NCBI GenBank assembly: GCA_003345545.1
Contig: PRDH01000039.1
Coordinates: forward strand, 89,881 to 153,880
DNA: 64,000 nt
Direction of reading: 5' to 3'
DNA from: Candidatus Thorarchaeota archaeon
Lineage (GTDB): Archaea > Asgardarchaeota > Thorarchaeia > Thorarchaeales > Thorarchaeaceae
Shown one piece after another: positions 48,253-58,672 of the stretch. The translations under genes and the position numbers were made by a program. The notes beneath the pieces were generated by a model. That model was not told where the DNA came from, made no database searches, and saw nothing but the letters and a program-made list of their open reading frames with translations. Positions within the stretch are counted from its first letter, which is position 1; every line of letters begins with the position of its first letter.

Positions 48253-48906
48253 GTGGTTCATTCATTGGATCTAATTCACAAGATTGAGCCTTCATCAGGA
48301 GATGATTCTACTGTCGGGTGGAAATCAGGAGTCCGAGTACTGGGCATTGCTGAGAGCTTCAAGAAGAGCCAACTCACCAGTCTCGTCGCAGGAGTCGTAA
48401 TGCGAGGGGACTTTCGAATTGATGGATTCGGCGCCTGCCAACCCACGATTGGAGGTACTGACTCCACCGTGTCATTGCTACAGCTCTTTCGTAGGTTGAA
48501 GAGGCAGGACATTCGAGCTTGGATGCTGGGCGGCAGTCTGATCTCATGGTTCAATGTAGTCGACATTGTCGAACTCTATACTGCAACCGGAGTACCTGTT
48601 GTCTGTGTGACTTATCATCCATCCGAAGGCATTGAGAAATATCTGAAAGAGTACTTTCCGGATGATTGGCAATCGAGACTCGCAACTCTCACCAAAGGGG
48701 GCGCTCGAACTCCTATACAACTGGAAACAGGTCATTCAGCCTTTCTTACGACTGCTGGAGTCGGAGTATCAAGAGCAAAGCGGCTCTTGGATAGGTTCAC
48801 CCTTGATGGGAGGGTTCCCGAACCCGTCCGCGTGGCACGTCTCGCGGCCGCCGGTCTATATCGAGATATGTTTCATAGCGCAATCGAAGGCGAACTTAAA
48901 CGGTGA
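48253..48906 (+). CDS. DUF99 / endonuclease-V-like protein
   Basis: RVLGIAESF, GVVMRGD..IDG, SWFNVVD and VPEPVRVA. Confidence 0.85.
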   Translation: MVHSLDLIHKIEPSSGDDSTVGWKSGVRVLGIAESFKKSQLTSLVAGVVMRGDFRIDGFGACQPTIGGTDSTVSLLQLFRRLKRQDIRAWMLGGSLISWFNVVDIVELYTATGVPVVCVTYHPSEGIEKYLKEYFPDDWQSRLATLTKGGARTPIQLETGHSAFLTTAGVGVSRAKRLLDRFTLDGRVPEPVRVARLAAAGLYRDMFHSAIEGELKR

Positions 48907-48908
48907 CC

Positions 48909-49538
48909 TCAGATTTCAAAACGAATGTTCAAATCATCTGCGTTTTTCCGGTGCATTTCTAGGAGAATGCCGTAAATCGCACTGAGGATGTCTATTCCGA
49001 GTGTTTCGAAAGTGTGCTGAGACGAGGCGAAGAATCGGTGCAGGATTCTTGGTGATACACCTGAGTCTTCCAAGTCCAGTGCATGGACCAGCATGTCAAT
49101 AATGTCCGCACCTCTCACCAATCTCGCTTCAATCGTCGTGCAGTCTTCATACTCCTTCCAGATTGACATGAGTTGCTTTGAGGAGCCTGACTTGCCTCGA
49201 AGTATTGTTTGAATTGCCTTTCTCTCCATCTCGCGTTTCAGTGTCTCTTTTGAAGACTTGCCTGATTGGCTAGCATCATGCGGAATATCTGATGTCAGAG
49301 ATTCGGGAAGATCATGGATTGCAGCCATGATCAGAGTCTTTTCTATATTCAGCTGAACTCCGGTTCCTGCCAGGTACTGAGAAATATAGATACTCGATAT
49401 GATGGTTCCGTACGAATGCTCTGCGACTGATTCAGGTCTGAATCTATCCACTCCTGCAATGCCCCAACCAGACCTATTCACTCTCTTCAAGCCTACCGCG
49501 TTTCGGACAAGGTCTATGATGTCTTCAGGTGTTGTCAT
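48909..49538 (-). CDS. HD-domain 5'-deoxynucleotidase (YfbR/HDDC2-like)
   Basis: LKRVNRSGW, ESVAEHS, IHDLPE..TSDI and EARLVRGAD. Confidence 0.88.
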   Translation of the reverse strand: MTTPEDIIDLVRNAVGLKRVNRSGWGIAGVDRFRPESVAEHSYGTIISSIYISQYLAGTGVQLNIEKTLIMAAIHDLPESLTSDIPHDASQSGKSSKETLKREMERKAIQTILRGKSGSSKQLMSIWKEYEDCTTIEARLVRGADIIDMLVHALDLEDSGVSPRILHRFFASSQHTFETLGIDILSAIYGILLEMHRKNADDLNIRFEI

Positions 49539-49607
49539 TGATTATGATTCCAAATACGTACTTAAAAAGAGAATGTGAGGGGAAGTCCCCCCAACTCCAA
49601 CCTGGGT

Positions 49608-50732
49608 CTACGGCCAGGTATCTTCTACAACTATTGTTCCATTGGTTATCATTGTTGCATAGTCACTAATTGTATCAAGTAAACCCGAAGGAAGCCAAGC
49701 GTTGTCTCTAAACCCACCGGTTATATTGACACCTCCATTAGCCAGGTCGTAGACAATTGGTGATTCTGCCTGAAGTGTCGGGAAGTCATCCCACATCGTT
49801 GCGTTGATGATGTGATAGACTGCGATATCAGACCTTGGGATAACGCTTGTGAGAACCCATGAGTAGCCGACTCTTGTGCTGATATCCGGAAGCCCCAAAA
49901 AGTCTTGGTTTCCCTCTGCGGCGATCACAAATGGCTTTCTGTTCTCAGTTTCGCTGAACCAAGTTTGGTTTGCATATATCATCGCTTCTCTGATGCCCAT
50001 TATGCTTGCGCGTACTGGGGCAAAGATGACTGTTGCATTACCGTTTGGGTAATAGGGATTGAACATGTTTTGTGCTAGGATTCTTGCTGTTTCCGTATCG
50101 TTGTATGAACCGACATATACCTCGGGAAGAAGTGTGACATTCAGATTATCAGTTGCGTTTGCATAGACGAGACCCTGCTTGAAACCAGCAATCAAGCTCT
50201 GCACCGTAAGGCTGGTTCCGACAGAACCGATGATGCCGACTACTCCACTTTTGTCTGCGTCACCTACACTCATGTAAGCGGCAAAAGCTCCGGCAAGAAA
50301 TGCGGCCTCCTGCTGAGTGAATGTGGCTGAGATCACGTTGGCCGCAGATACGGAACCACCAATAAACGCAAACTTCTGCGAAGCATGGGCTGATGCAACG
50401 GCACTGATTTCATCAGCTAGCTCTTCTCCAATAACAATGATCAAGTCATATGTCCCAGAGCTTGCCAACTGCTCCAAGATTGTCTGTGCATCGGATTCAC
50501 CTGTGGCAGTGAAATAGGCATAGTTCACAACGAGCTCACCTGCTAGCTCCTGCAGACCTAAATCGACTTGGTCAACCATGCTAAGGTCTCCGAAGCCAGG
50601 GGCGACAACGACCACTGCAATATCAGGAGGGTTGTACTGGTTGGTAAGGAAGATATAGCTTCCTACTCCAGAGAATACGAGTACAACGATTATTGCAGAC
50701 GCTATGATGCTTGTCCGTGAGCTCAAAATCAT
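49608..50732 (-). CDS. BMP-family (nucleoside) substrate-binding protein
   Basis: N-terminal TM; GFGDLS, YDLIIVIG, EAAFLAG, GFKQG and YVGSYND. Confidence 0.85.
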   Translation of the reverse strand: MILSSRTSIIASAIIVVLVFSGVGSYIFLTNQYNPPDIAVVVVAPGFGDLSMVDQVDLGLQELAGELVVNYAYFTATGESDAQTILEQLASSGTYDLIIVIGEELADEISAVASAHASQKFAFIGGSVSAANVISATFTQQEAAFLAGAFAAYMSVGDADKSGVVGIIGSVGTSLTVQSLIAGFKQGLVYANATDNLNVTLLPEVYVGSYNDTETARILAQNMFNPYYPNGNATVIFAPVRASIMGIREAMIYANQTWFSETENRKPFVIAAEGNQDFLGLPDISTRVGYSWVLTSVIPRSDIAVYHIINATMWDDFPTLQAESPIVYDLANGGVNITGGFRDNAWLPSGLLDTISDYATMITNGTIVVEDTWP

Positions 50733-50896
50733 GCCTCCATGGTCTTGAGTTCGTTGCTCGGGCTGGTCGATTTAAATCTGTTGCTCCGCGAAAATACGTT
50801 CATGACCCATATATGACAAAAAGGAGGGTACTGAAATCGAGGGGCATTAGTTATAAATGCGGTTGACAGTTCGAAATGTAAGAAGAGTCTAAACTG

Positions 50897-51622
50897 GTGG
50901 TCATAATGCCTGGCGACACGCTTGATGAAGTTGCTGGCCTTCTGGAAGAAACTCTGAAGGTGCATAGATCAGTGAAGCAGGTGGTTCTATGCACGAGGGA
51001 AGGTGTGGTTGTGGCGGCAGTCGCGCGAGAAGGGGATTCGGATTCGAGGGTGCTTGCCACTGTGTCTGCTGCATTGGTATGGGGTGGCTCGACGGCTCTT
51101 GGTCATCTCCGCAAGTCAGGACCTGCGCATCTTGTTCAAACGACCAGTATTGAGAGAGTCCTGACCGTTGTGCAGCCGCATTATCTCCTTATTGTGGTGG
51201 TGTCCAGGGCTGATGATGCTGGCCTGGACCTTGACCAGCTTATCCCGACTTTTCAATCTCTGGCCACAAGAATGGAGCTCGTTATGGGCTCAACAAAGGT
51301 TTTCGGAAAGCAGACACTTCTAGGCAAAATCGTTGAGCAAATCCCCGAAATCACTCAAGCAGTTCTTCTTACTATTGAGGGACTTCCCCTGGGGTCTGTG
51401 GGATTCACCGATGAGATAGAGTTCGCAGGGCTTCTTAGTTCTCTCTTTGCCAACGGCTTGACCTATTCGAATGTCAGCCATTCGATATCTATCGACACTC
51501 CAGGGGTACGTCTTTCGATCATGCGTGTGGATGAAACCCGTCTCCTAGCAGTTGTCTGCCGCGGACCTAATCCAGAAGAACTTGCCCAAAGAGTTCAATT
51601 GGTTCTCGATGGTTCTGTCTAG
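50897..51622 (+). CDS. Tandem Roadblock/LC7-like protein
   Basis: Two repeats: LCTREGVVVA...LATVSAAL and LLTIEGLPLG...FAGLLSSL. Confidence 0.75.
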   Translation: MVIMPGDTLDEVAGLLEETLKVHRSVKQVVLCTREGVVVAAVAREGDSDSRVLATVSAALVWGGSTALGHLRKSGPAHLVQTTSIERVLTVVQPHYLLIVVVSRADDAGLDLDQLIPTFQSLATRMELVMGSTKVFGKQTLLGKIVEQIPEITQAVLLTIEGLPLGSVGFTDEIEFAGLLSSLFANGLTYSNVSHSISIDTPGVRLSIMRVDETRLLAVVCRGPNPEELAQRVQLVLDGSV

Positions 51623-52332
51623 TCTACTTGTAACCTTAAGTTCTTGGTTGGAACCGATGCTGCCTCATTTCCCTCATCCTCTATGAAGGAGAATTGCCAC
51701 TCTGTAAGTTTAATGGTGACAAAGCAGTCCTTTCCCCTCTCTGGGCAGTCAATTCGAATCGTAACATGGTCGGGGGTAGTTTCTCTTATTTGGGGGTTCA
51801 GGCATCCATCCTCCAGCTTTTCCATCAAGAAAATCACGTAGGCCTCTGTGATCATGTTGAGGCTTCCCTTCAGGAGCGACTCGCCCAGATCTGCGAGGAA
51901 GTGACGTTTCTTGCGACCCTCTCTGACCACCTTGATGAGACCGACTTCTTCCATTCTGGAGATATGCCAGCGTACCGTATCATGGTGGACTTGAAGTGTT
52001 TCGGCCATCTGTTCTTGGTAGCATCCGGGATTGTTGACTACATAAGCAAAGACCTTCTGCGCAGTATCACTACGCATTGTGAGATATGCCATCTCTGCCT
52101 CCTGAGAGCGGAGCATCTTTGGATAGTACAATCTCTTTCCAGCAAACTTGATTGATTTTACAAGTCCTTCTCTCTCAAGAATCCGGAGATGCCAGGTAAG
52201 AGTCCCTAGTGGTGATGCGAGAATATCGACAAGTTCGAGCAAGTATGTTCCGGGATTCTCACACAATACTTGATACAACTCTCGACGAAACGGATGCAGA
52301 AGCAAAGACATTCTCTTCTGTTTTCCCATCAT
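51619..52332 (-). CDS. Double winged-helix (ArsR-like) transcriptional regulator
   Basis: LLHPFRRELY...TLTWHLRILEREGLV and TVRWHISRMEEVGLI. Confidence 0.85.
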   Translation of the reverse strand: MMGKQKRMSLLLHPFRRELYQVLCENPGTYLLELVDILASPLGTLTWHLRILEREGLVKSIKFAGKRLYYPKMLRSQEAEMAYLTMRSDTAQKVFAYVVNNPGCYQEQMAETLQVHHDTVRWHISRMEEVGLIKVVREGRKKRHFLADLGESLLKGSLNMITEAYVIFLMEKLEDGCLNPQIRETTPDHVTIRIDCPERGKDCFVTIKLTEWQFSFIEDEGNEAASVPTKNLRLQVD

Positions 52333-52507
52333 CGGGTGCCTCTCGACTCGTTATTCTACACTGTTCTACATCGACATTAAAAGCTCTTCGAATTAGTGTT
52401 TATCTATTGCTAATCCGTGCAGAAGTTCACACTACACAAGTCTTTTATCATGAACTCAGAGTCATCACGTATCTTCCACCTTTAAGCCAACTGAGGTAGG
52501 TTGTAGC

Positions 52508-54340
52508 TTGTGCGGAATAACCGGAATCGTCACTCATGATTTGGATAACATTGGTGAGCTACTCGTACGATGTAGTAGCAAGCTCACCTATCGCGGCTAC
52601 GACTCAGTGGGTGTTGCAGCAGTGCGCAAAGGCGTTGTGGAATTAAGAAAGGATGTTGGCACGATTGAAGAAGTGGATGCTCTTCTCGGTCTCTCAAAGT
52701 TGAAGGGCGACCGTGGTATTGCTCAGCTTCGCTGGGCGACATATGGAGCTCCAAACAAAATCAATGCCCAACCTCATTTTGGCTGCAAAGAGATCTTTTA
52801 CGGTGCTCACAATGGGAATATTCACAACTATGTTGAGTACCGACGGGAACTATTAGACACTGGTCATATTATAAGATCCGAGAATGATGGCGAGCTCTGT
52901 GTCCATGCTGTAGACAAGTACTACGAACAGACCGGAAACATGTTCGATGCAGTGCGACTCTCCACGAATGACCTGAAAGGTGCTTTTGCTTATGTTGTCG
53001 GCCGCTCAGATCAGAAAGAAATCTATGCTGTCAAAATGGGGTCTACTCTTGTTGCCGGAGTCGCAGATGACGCCACGATTGTATCCAGTGATTTGCCGTC
53101 GATTCTGCCTCTCACTAACCGAGTCATCTATTTAGCTGACGGAGAAATGCTTGCTCTCACGCACGATGAAGTGAAAATCTTCAGGATAGATGACGGAAAG
53201 CAGCTTGAACGAAGGCCTCAGATATCCCGGGTGGATGCTCGGGCAGCAGAGAAGGGTGGTTTTCCTCACTTTATGCTAAAGGAGATCAATGAACAGCCTA
53301 AAGTTGTGCAGGATCTGATGGGGATTTTGGAGGGACAGCAGAACGAGAGATGGCTCAGACTACTGGAGGATGCGTCACGTCATTACCTAGTTGCGTGTGG
53401 ATCTTCGTATAATGCTAGCATTGTCGGGGCCTACTATTTCAACAGATTGGCAGGGCTTCCCATAATTCACGCTTTGGGAGGCCAGTTTGAACCCATGTAT
53501 GGAAGGACTCTAAATCCGGATAGCATCACTGTATTGGTTTCGCAGAGTGGAGAAACAAAGGATATCCTCAACGTTCTTGACATGATCTACGAGAATGACT
53601 ATGGAAAGACCCTAGGCATCGTGAATGTCCTTGGTAGTACGCTCATGTTCAAGGCGAATTCTTACGTTCCCATGACTTGCGGATATGAGATATCTGTGCC
53701 AGCTACAAAAACCTACTACTCTCAATCAGTCATCTTCGCCTACTTAGCTGCCAAACTTGGTGAGCGAAACGGGCATCTGGACCCGTCTGAGGCAAAGTCC
53801 TTTGTCAAAAGGCTTCAGACTGACCTTCCCAAGCTCACCCAGACGACTATTGATCGAACGGGCATTCTCGCAAAGAACCTAGCGAAGACTTTGATTGATG
53901 TGAAGGATCTGTACTGCCTTGGTTATGGCTTCACTGATGGAGTGGCCAGAGAAGGAGCTCTGAAGATCAAGGAGATCTGCTATAATCACTGCGAGGGAAT
54001 GTACTCGTCGGAGTTCAAACACGGCCCTCTGAGTATCGTGACCAAGAAATACCCGGTCATCTTTGTGACGACCACAGAAGACAGTTGGATGGTCATCAAT
54101 CATATTAACGAAGTGAAGGCCAGGTCTGGACGTACCATCATTGTCGGTGAGCAGGAAGCCAGTCTCACACCCTACGTCGCACATAGCGATGATTATCTTA
54201 TTGTGCCGAAATCAGACATACTTCTGAATCCAATACTCGATGTGATTCCATTACAGCTACTGAGTTACTTCTTGTCTGTGGATCTTGGCATTAATCCTGA
54301 TCTTCCAAGGAATCTATCGAAGACGCTGACAGTGGACTGA
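52508..54340 (+). CDS. glmS: Glutamine--fructose-6-phosphate transaminase (isomerizing)
   Basis: MCGI (Ntn Cys), YRGYDS, HNG, SQSGET, EGALKIKEI, EFKHGP and PRNLSK. Confidence 0.95.
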   Translation: MCGITGIVTHDLDNIGELLVRCSSKLTYRGYDSVGVAAVRKGVVELRKDVGTIEEVDALLGLSKLKGDRGIAQLRWATYGAPNKINAQPHFGCKEIFYGAHNGNIHNYVEYRRELLDTGHIIRSENDGELCVHAVDKYYEQTGNMFDAVRLSTNDLKGAFAYVVGRSDQKEIYAVKMGSTLVAGVADDATIVSSDLPSILPLTNRVIYLADGEMLALTHDEVKIFRIDDGKQLERRPQISRVDARAAEKGGFPHFMLKEINEQPKVVQDLMGILEGQQNERWLRLLEDASRHYLVACGSSYNASIVGAYYFNRLAGLPIIHALGGQFEPMYGRTLNPDSITVLVSQSGETKDILNVLDMIYENDYGKTLGIVNVLGSTLMFKANSYVPMTCGYEISVPATKTYYSQSVIFAYLAAKLGERNGHLDPSEAKSFVKRLQTDLPKLTQTTIDRTGILAKNLAKTLIDVKDLYCLGYGFTDGVAREGALKIKEICYNHCEGMYSSEFKHGPLSIVTKKYPVIFVTTTEDSWMVINHINEVKARSGRTIIVGEQEASLTPYVAHSDDYLIVPKSDILLNPILDVIPLQLLSYFLSVDLGINPDLPRNLSKTLTVD

Positions 54341-54349
54341 GAATGAGTC

Positions 54350-54748
54350 TTACTCGTTCTCGCCACCAGATTCACCAATTCGTATCGCACGCATTTCAGA
54401 GGATGTGACTGCACCTGCATCAAAGCCGGTTCTAATACCGACTATCTCCTCTTCACTTACTTCCTTGACACTCAATAGCTTGTTCTCGTCACCAAGGACC
54501 CACTGACCATAGATATGCAGGCCGCTTTCTGTTTCACATTCCAAAAGGCCAACATCGTTCGCGCTCGACCACCAACTAAGACAGCTCACCGGATGTTCAA
54601 GCCCTTGCAGCATTTCAGTCCATAGATGTTTTAGTCTTGTAGGTCCATATTGATTACGAAAAGCAATCAAGAAGCTGCCTTTCTTCCCCTTGAGCTTGTC
54701 GGCTATTGTTTTGGTTTCATCATCGGAGAAAAGCTTCATGGTATTCAA
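54350..54748 (-). CDS. Hypothetical protein
   Basis: 132-aa ORF filling the gap; no recognisable motif. Confidence 0.65.
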   Translation of the reverse strand: MNTMKLFSDDETKTIADKLKGKKGSFLIAFRNQYGPTRLKHLWTEMLQGLEHPVSCLSWWSSANDVGLLECETESGLHIYGQWVLGDENKLLSVKEVSEEEIVGIRTGFDAGAVTSSEMRAIRIGESGGENE

Positions 54749-54825
54749 CCTAAGTCAACATTCAAGAGAACATAAAAGGTCGGCGTTAGGGATAATAGTG
54801 GAATTCAAGCCGGTGACATAGTACA

Positions 54826-55719
54826 ATGCAGCGCATATCCAGCATAGGTCTCTTCTCCTCTGACCCCTATTCTCAAAGAGTCGAAACACTTACCCTGGCA
54901 TTTGAAAACCTAGGCGTGAGGACGCATCGGATTCTGCCGTGGAAGGTTTCGAGATGGGGTGGCACCACAACACATAGGATTCTCCACGATGGATATGATC
55001 TCACTCAGCTAGACTCTCTTCTTGTTCTTGACTTGGGCGCAAATGATATAGGTGCATTCTTCAACCGAGTCGGGCTCTTGTCTGCCCTTACGGAACTAGG
55101 CGTCAGAGTCGTGAACTCTGTATCGTCAATACTGCTTATGCGCAACAAGGCTGAAACCATGAGGAAGTTGGTGTCAGGAGGTCTTCCAGTCCCTAAGACT
55201 CTGATAACGGAGTCAATCGATGATGCGGCATCATTTGTTCGCGAGAACTTCCCATGCGTTCTCAAACCGATTACTGGATTCGGAGGCCTTGGCGTGCAGC
55301 TTATTGAGCGTGAATTCGACCTCGACAACATCTATGATTATCTGAAATTCCATAGCCAAATGTTCGGCAAAGGAGCCTATATCCTTCAGGAGTACATCAG
55401 AAGCCCGGGGTTTGACATACGAGCATTAGTACTGGATAACAAAGTGATTGCATGCATGCAACGAGTAGGGGGCGAGGGTATAACCAACAATATCCATTCG
55501 GGGGGTGTTCCGCGCAAGAACTCAATAGATGTCACTGAATTGTCTCTTCTAGCTGCCAAGTCAGTAAGAGGTACACTTGTCGGAGTTGATATCATTCCAG
55601 ATCTGGATAACAATCTCTGGGTGTTGGAAGCGAATGCAACGCCTGGCTGGGCAGGCCTCCAGCAGGTCACGGACTTTGATATATCTGAGAGAGTTGCTGA
55701 TGTACTCTCAAGAGTGTGA
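54826..55719 (+). CDS. RimK-family ATP-grasp ligase
   Basis: RNKAET, VPKT, VLKP..GFGG, QEYI, DIRAL, GVDII and LEANATPGW. Confidence 0.92.
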   Translation: MQRISSIGLFSSDPYSQRVETLTLAFENLGVRTHRILPWKVSRWGGTTTHRILHDGYDLTQLDSLLVLDLGANDIGAFFNRVGLLSALTELGVRVVNSVSSILLMRNKAETMRKLVSGGLPVPKTLITESIDDAASFVRENFPCVLKPITGFGGLGVQLIEREFDLDNIYDYLKFHSQMFGKGAYILQEYIRSPGFDIRALVLDNKVIACMQRVGGEGITNNIHSGGVPRKNSIDVTELSLLAAKSVRGTLVGVDIIPDLDNNLWVLEANATPGWAGLQQVTDFDISERVADVLSRV

Positions 55720-55889
55720 GTTTGCAGCGAAGAAACCGCTTGGAGTGCTGTTCCCATGATAAAGCTTTTAAGAGAGCTTCAGGCGCAATGGCATTGTTTA
55801 CGTACCATCTCGGAGTTAGCTCCTGAGTGTGAACGGAATCCGCCCTGCGTGCAGGGCTAGCAAAATGATGTTTCTGAGGTTTATAGGGT

Positions 55890-56978
55890 TTGACAGAAGT
55901 CGCTGAATCGAGTCCAGAGAGTATTGAGTTCTTGCGTGCTAAACTTCGTGAACTCAAAATACAATCCAGAGATGAACTTGACGCACTCCGCCATGACAGG
56001 GATCAAATGCGTGAGTACAAGCAAATTCGTGACGATCATAACAAGGAGGTAAAATCACTCATCGAGTCTGTGAAAGCGGAACGTGAGGAGCGAGATAGAA
56101 TCAACCAAGAGATCACAGAAGCCAAGGAGAGAAGAAAGGCAATTCATGCTCAACTCGCCAGCATTTACGATGAGATCCGTGAACTCCGCAGTAATCTTGT
56201 TGGTAGTCCTTCTACAGATCAACGCCGCATGATGCGGCGTGTCGAGGAGCTTGAGTGGAAGCAGCAGACTGAGCAACTTTCAAGAGATGAGGAGTATTCC
56301 ATTGTTGAGGAGATAGCTCGAATCGAGGCCCAACTCGTCAAGATTGGCCAGGAAAAAGAGAAGCAAGATCGAATCAGCGAAGCGCGCAGGTTGGCCAGAA
56401 AACTCAAGGAAGAGGCTTCCGAAGTGCATGAGAAGGTGCTGTCACTGTCAGAGCAGTCTCAGATTCATCATCAGGAAGTTGTAAGAATAAGACCACAGCT
56501 TGAGGAGTACAAGAAATCTGCAGACACAGCTCACAAGAACTTTGTCGAGTGGTTGAAGAAGGTCAAAGAGGGCGAGGCACGGCTCAAGGAACAGAGAACT
56601 CAAATTGAAGATATCCAAACGAAGCTACGCAAACAGACTGTAGAAAAGCGCGACGAGGAGCGCGATGAGCAAAGACAACATCAGAAGGCTCAAGAACGCG
56701 AGCGTGTCGAGTCAGCAGTAGAGAAGCTTCAATCAGGCAAGAGGCTTACATTCGATGAGTTCATTCTGGCTCAACGGACGGTAACAGATGATAAGAAGCG
56801 GTCCAAGAAGAAAGCACATGATGCTGAGAAGGTAGAGGAAGCCGCTGCATCAACGACTGAGGCCAAGGCTACCCCTGACTTTGAACCCGATGACGAACTC
56901 GAGTCAATACTCGATGAATCTGAGTCTAAGCCTGATACAGAACCTTCGTCTGACAATGAAACTGAACAGCAGCAGTGA
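55890..56978 (+). CDS. Archaeal coiled-coil protein (COG1340-like)
   Basis: Heptad-rich; LEWKQQT, HQE, ADTAH and KLQSGKRLTFDEF; acidic tail. Confidence 0.82.
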   Translation: MTEVAESSPESIEFLRAKLRELKIQSRDELDALRHDRDQMREYKQIRDDHNKEVKSLIESVKAEREERDRINQEITEAKERRKAIHAQLASIYDEIRELRSNLVGSPSTDQRRMMRRVEELEWKQQTEQLSRDEEYSIVEEIARIEAQLVKIGQEKEKQDRISEARRLARKLKEEASEVHEKVLSLSEQSQIHHQEVVRIRPQLEEYKKSADTAHKNFVEWLKKVKEGEARLKEQRTQIEDIQTKLRKQTVEKRDEERDEQRQHQKAQERERVESAVEKLQSGKRLTFDEFILAQRTVTDDKKRSKKKAHDAEKVEEAAASTTEAKATPDFEPDDELESILDESESKPDTEPSSDNETEQQQ

Positions 56979-57073
56979 ACTGAGTTGTTCACTGGGCAGA
57001 GGCCACTGAGAGGAGGGGTCAAGACACGAGCAGTGTAAGCGAGAGACCAGTCGGTCGTACACCTACAACAACG

Positions 57074-58285
57074 GTGTTCTACACACTGGCTATTGGCTCT
57101 GGGGTTATGAGAGCTCTATCCGTTGTCTTTGATTTTCTGGCCATCAACGTTGTGAGCATAAACACCCTTGTCTTCGGTTTCTTGTCTCAATGGGTCAGCT
57201 TTCTCACCACAATCATTATTGTGGCAGTGGTCAGTATCAGAAGGATTTCAGATGGTCGAAGACAATCAATTGGATACAGTCTGGACCCTGATTTCGACAG
57301 GCTCAGACTATTACCGAGGAAACCCATGACATACGTCATAATTGCGGGATTCTTTGCGGGTATTTCCACACTATCCTATTACTTCCTAGTGGGCTCTACA
57401 GACGCCTCATCAATGCTGCCTTACGGGCAACTTGTCATAATCTATCTGCTCATGGGCGATCTGATGGCAGAAAAGGACTCGCCCACGGTTATCGAGATAC
57501 AATCCCTTATGTCGATTCTCTTTGGTGTCTTGTTGATAGGAACAACGCCCATAGGGTTCGATTTTGTGGCATTGCTCATTGTCCTAGGCCCAATGAATCT
57601 GTCCTCAGCAATGTTGACCTATTACCAGCGAAAGACAAAGAGGTATGAGATTCGTCCAGGTCTTCGTGTGGATGCTTTGAACATGCGAGTATGGAGCCTG
57701 CTTGTTCTAAACTCTGTCATGAGTCTCCTAATGCTGCCTATGATGCCGGCTAATGCTTGGCAAATGATGGCTGAGAGTGTCATTCCGCTATTCTGGATAA
57801 TGGTTGGTTCATCAGTCACCGCATTCCTATCCATCGTGATGTACATACGCGCTCTCGGCAAGGGGTCCATGGCAGTCGTGAACTCGCTCTCAGCAATTTC
57901 AGTAGTACTAGGTATTCCTGCCACTCTCATAGGCAACCTCTTCATACCAGGGGGCTTCGGAGATCTTGGTTCTGACCCATTCCTTTGGACGCTCAAGATT
58001 CTGGGCATCATGCTCGTGATGATTGGTATAGTGGCTCTACAAGCAACAGATATCCGCTCATTGGTCCTAGTGAAAGTCAAGCCAATGACTCGCGACCTTC
58101 TACCTGACCTCTATGACATAAAGGGGGTGGAGAAGGTTGCCGCACTTGCCGGAGGTATTGATTACATATTGACTATAAAGAGCAGAAACTTGGCAAAGAC
58201 AAGAACAATGATACTCAACAAAGTGCAGAAAGTACCCGGAATTGACCGTATCGAAACATTGGTAGTGATAAGAGAATACAGGTAG
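57074..58285 (+). CDS. EamA/DMT transporter fused to a C-terminal Lrp/AsnC ligand-binding (RAM) domain
   Basis: About 10 TM helices in two EamA repeats; C-terminal IKGVEKV..LAGGIDYIL...KVPGIDRIETLVV. Confidence 0.8.
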   Translation: MFYTLAIGSGVMRALSVVFDFLAINVVSINTLVFGFLSQWVSFLTTIIIVAVVSIRRISDGRRQSIGYSLDPDFDRLRLLPRKPMTYVIIAGFFAGISTLSYYFLVGSTDASSMLPYGQLVIIYLLMGDLMAEKDSPTVIEIQSLMSILFGVLLIGTTPIGFDFVALLIVLGPMNLSSAMLTYYQRKTKRYEIRPGLRVDALNMRVWSLLVLNSVMSLLMLPMMPANAWQMMAESVIPLFWIMVGSSVTAFLSIVMYIRALGKGSMAVVNSLSAISVVLGIPATLIGNLFIPGGFGDLGSDPFLWTLKILGIMLVMIGIVALQATDIRSLVLVKVKPMTRDLLPDLYDIKGVEKVAALAGGIDYILTIKSRNLAKTRTMILNKVQKVPGIDRIETLVVIREYR

Positions 58286-58304
58286 AATAAGGAGAGAACA
58301 TGAA

Positions 58305-58556
58305 GTGACCGAATCAATACAGTCTTACATCCTAATGGAGATCGAGATTGGCATGACTGATCATGTTGTTGACCAGCTTAGGCACATAGAACAGGCAACT
58401 CGTGTTGCAGTGACAACTGGTGGATATGACATTGTCGTGCTGCTAGAAACGAAGGATTTGGAAGAACTATACGAAATTACAGTGAACCGCATTCACAAGA
58501 TTTCGGGTATTAAAGAAACTACCACAGCTGTCGTCGAGAAGATGATATCTGTATAA
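58305..58556 (+). CDS. Stand-alone Lrp/AsnC ligand-binding (RAM) domain
   Basis: VTTGGYDIVV...IHKISGIKETTT. Confidence 0.88.
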   Translation: MTESIQSYILMEIEIGMTDHVVDQLRHIEQATRVAVTTGGYDIVVLLETKDLEELYEITVNRIHKISGIKETTTAVVEKMISV

Positions 58557-58672
58557 ACTGATATCATCTATGGCATAGTTATCTGGTCCTCTACATCCGC
58601 CGTCAATCAATCAGGTTTTTCTACTTCTGTGTTTAGGAAATTCCAGCAGAATGGGATAGTATCTGCTCACAG

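Noticed and set aside
52508-52760. GlmS variant AQLRWATYG instead of HTRWATHG
   Set aside because: The catalytic Cys1, HNG and isomerase motifs are intact, so this is most likely lineage drift.
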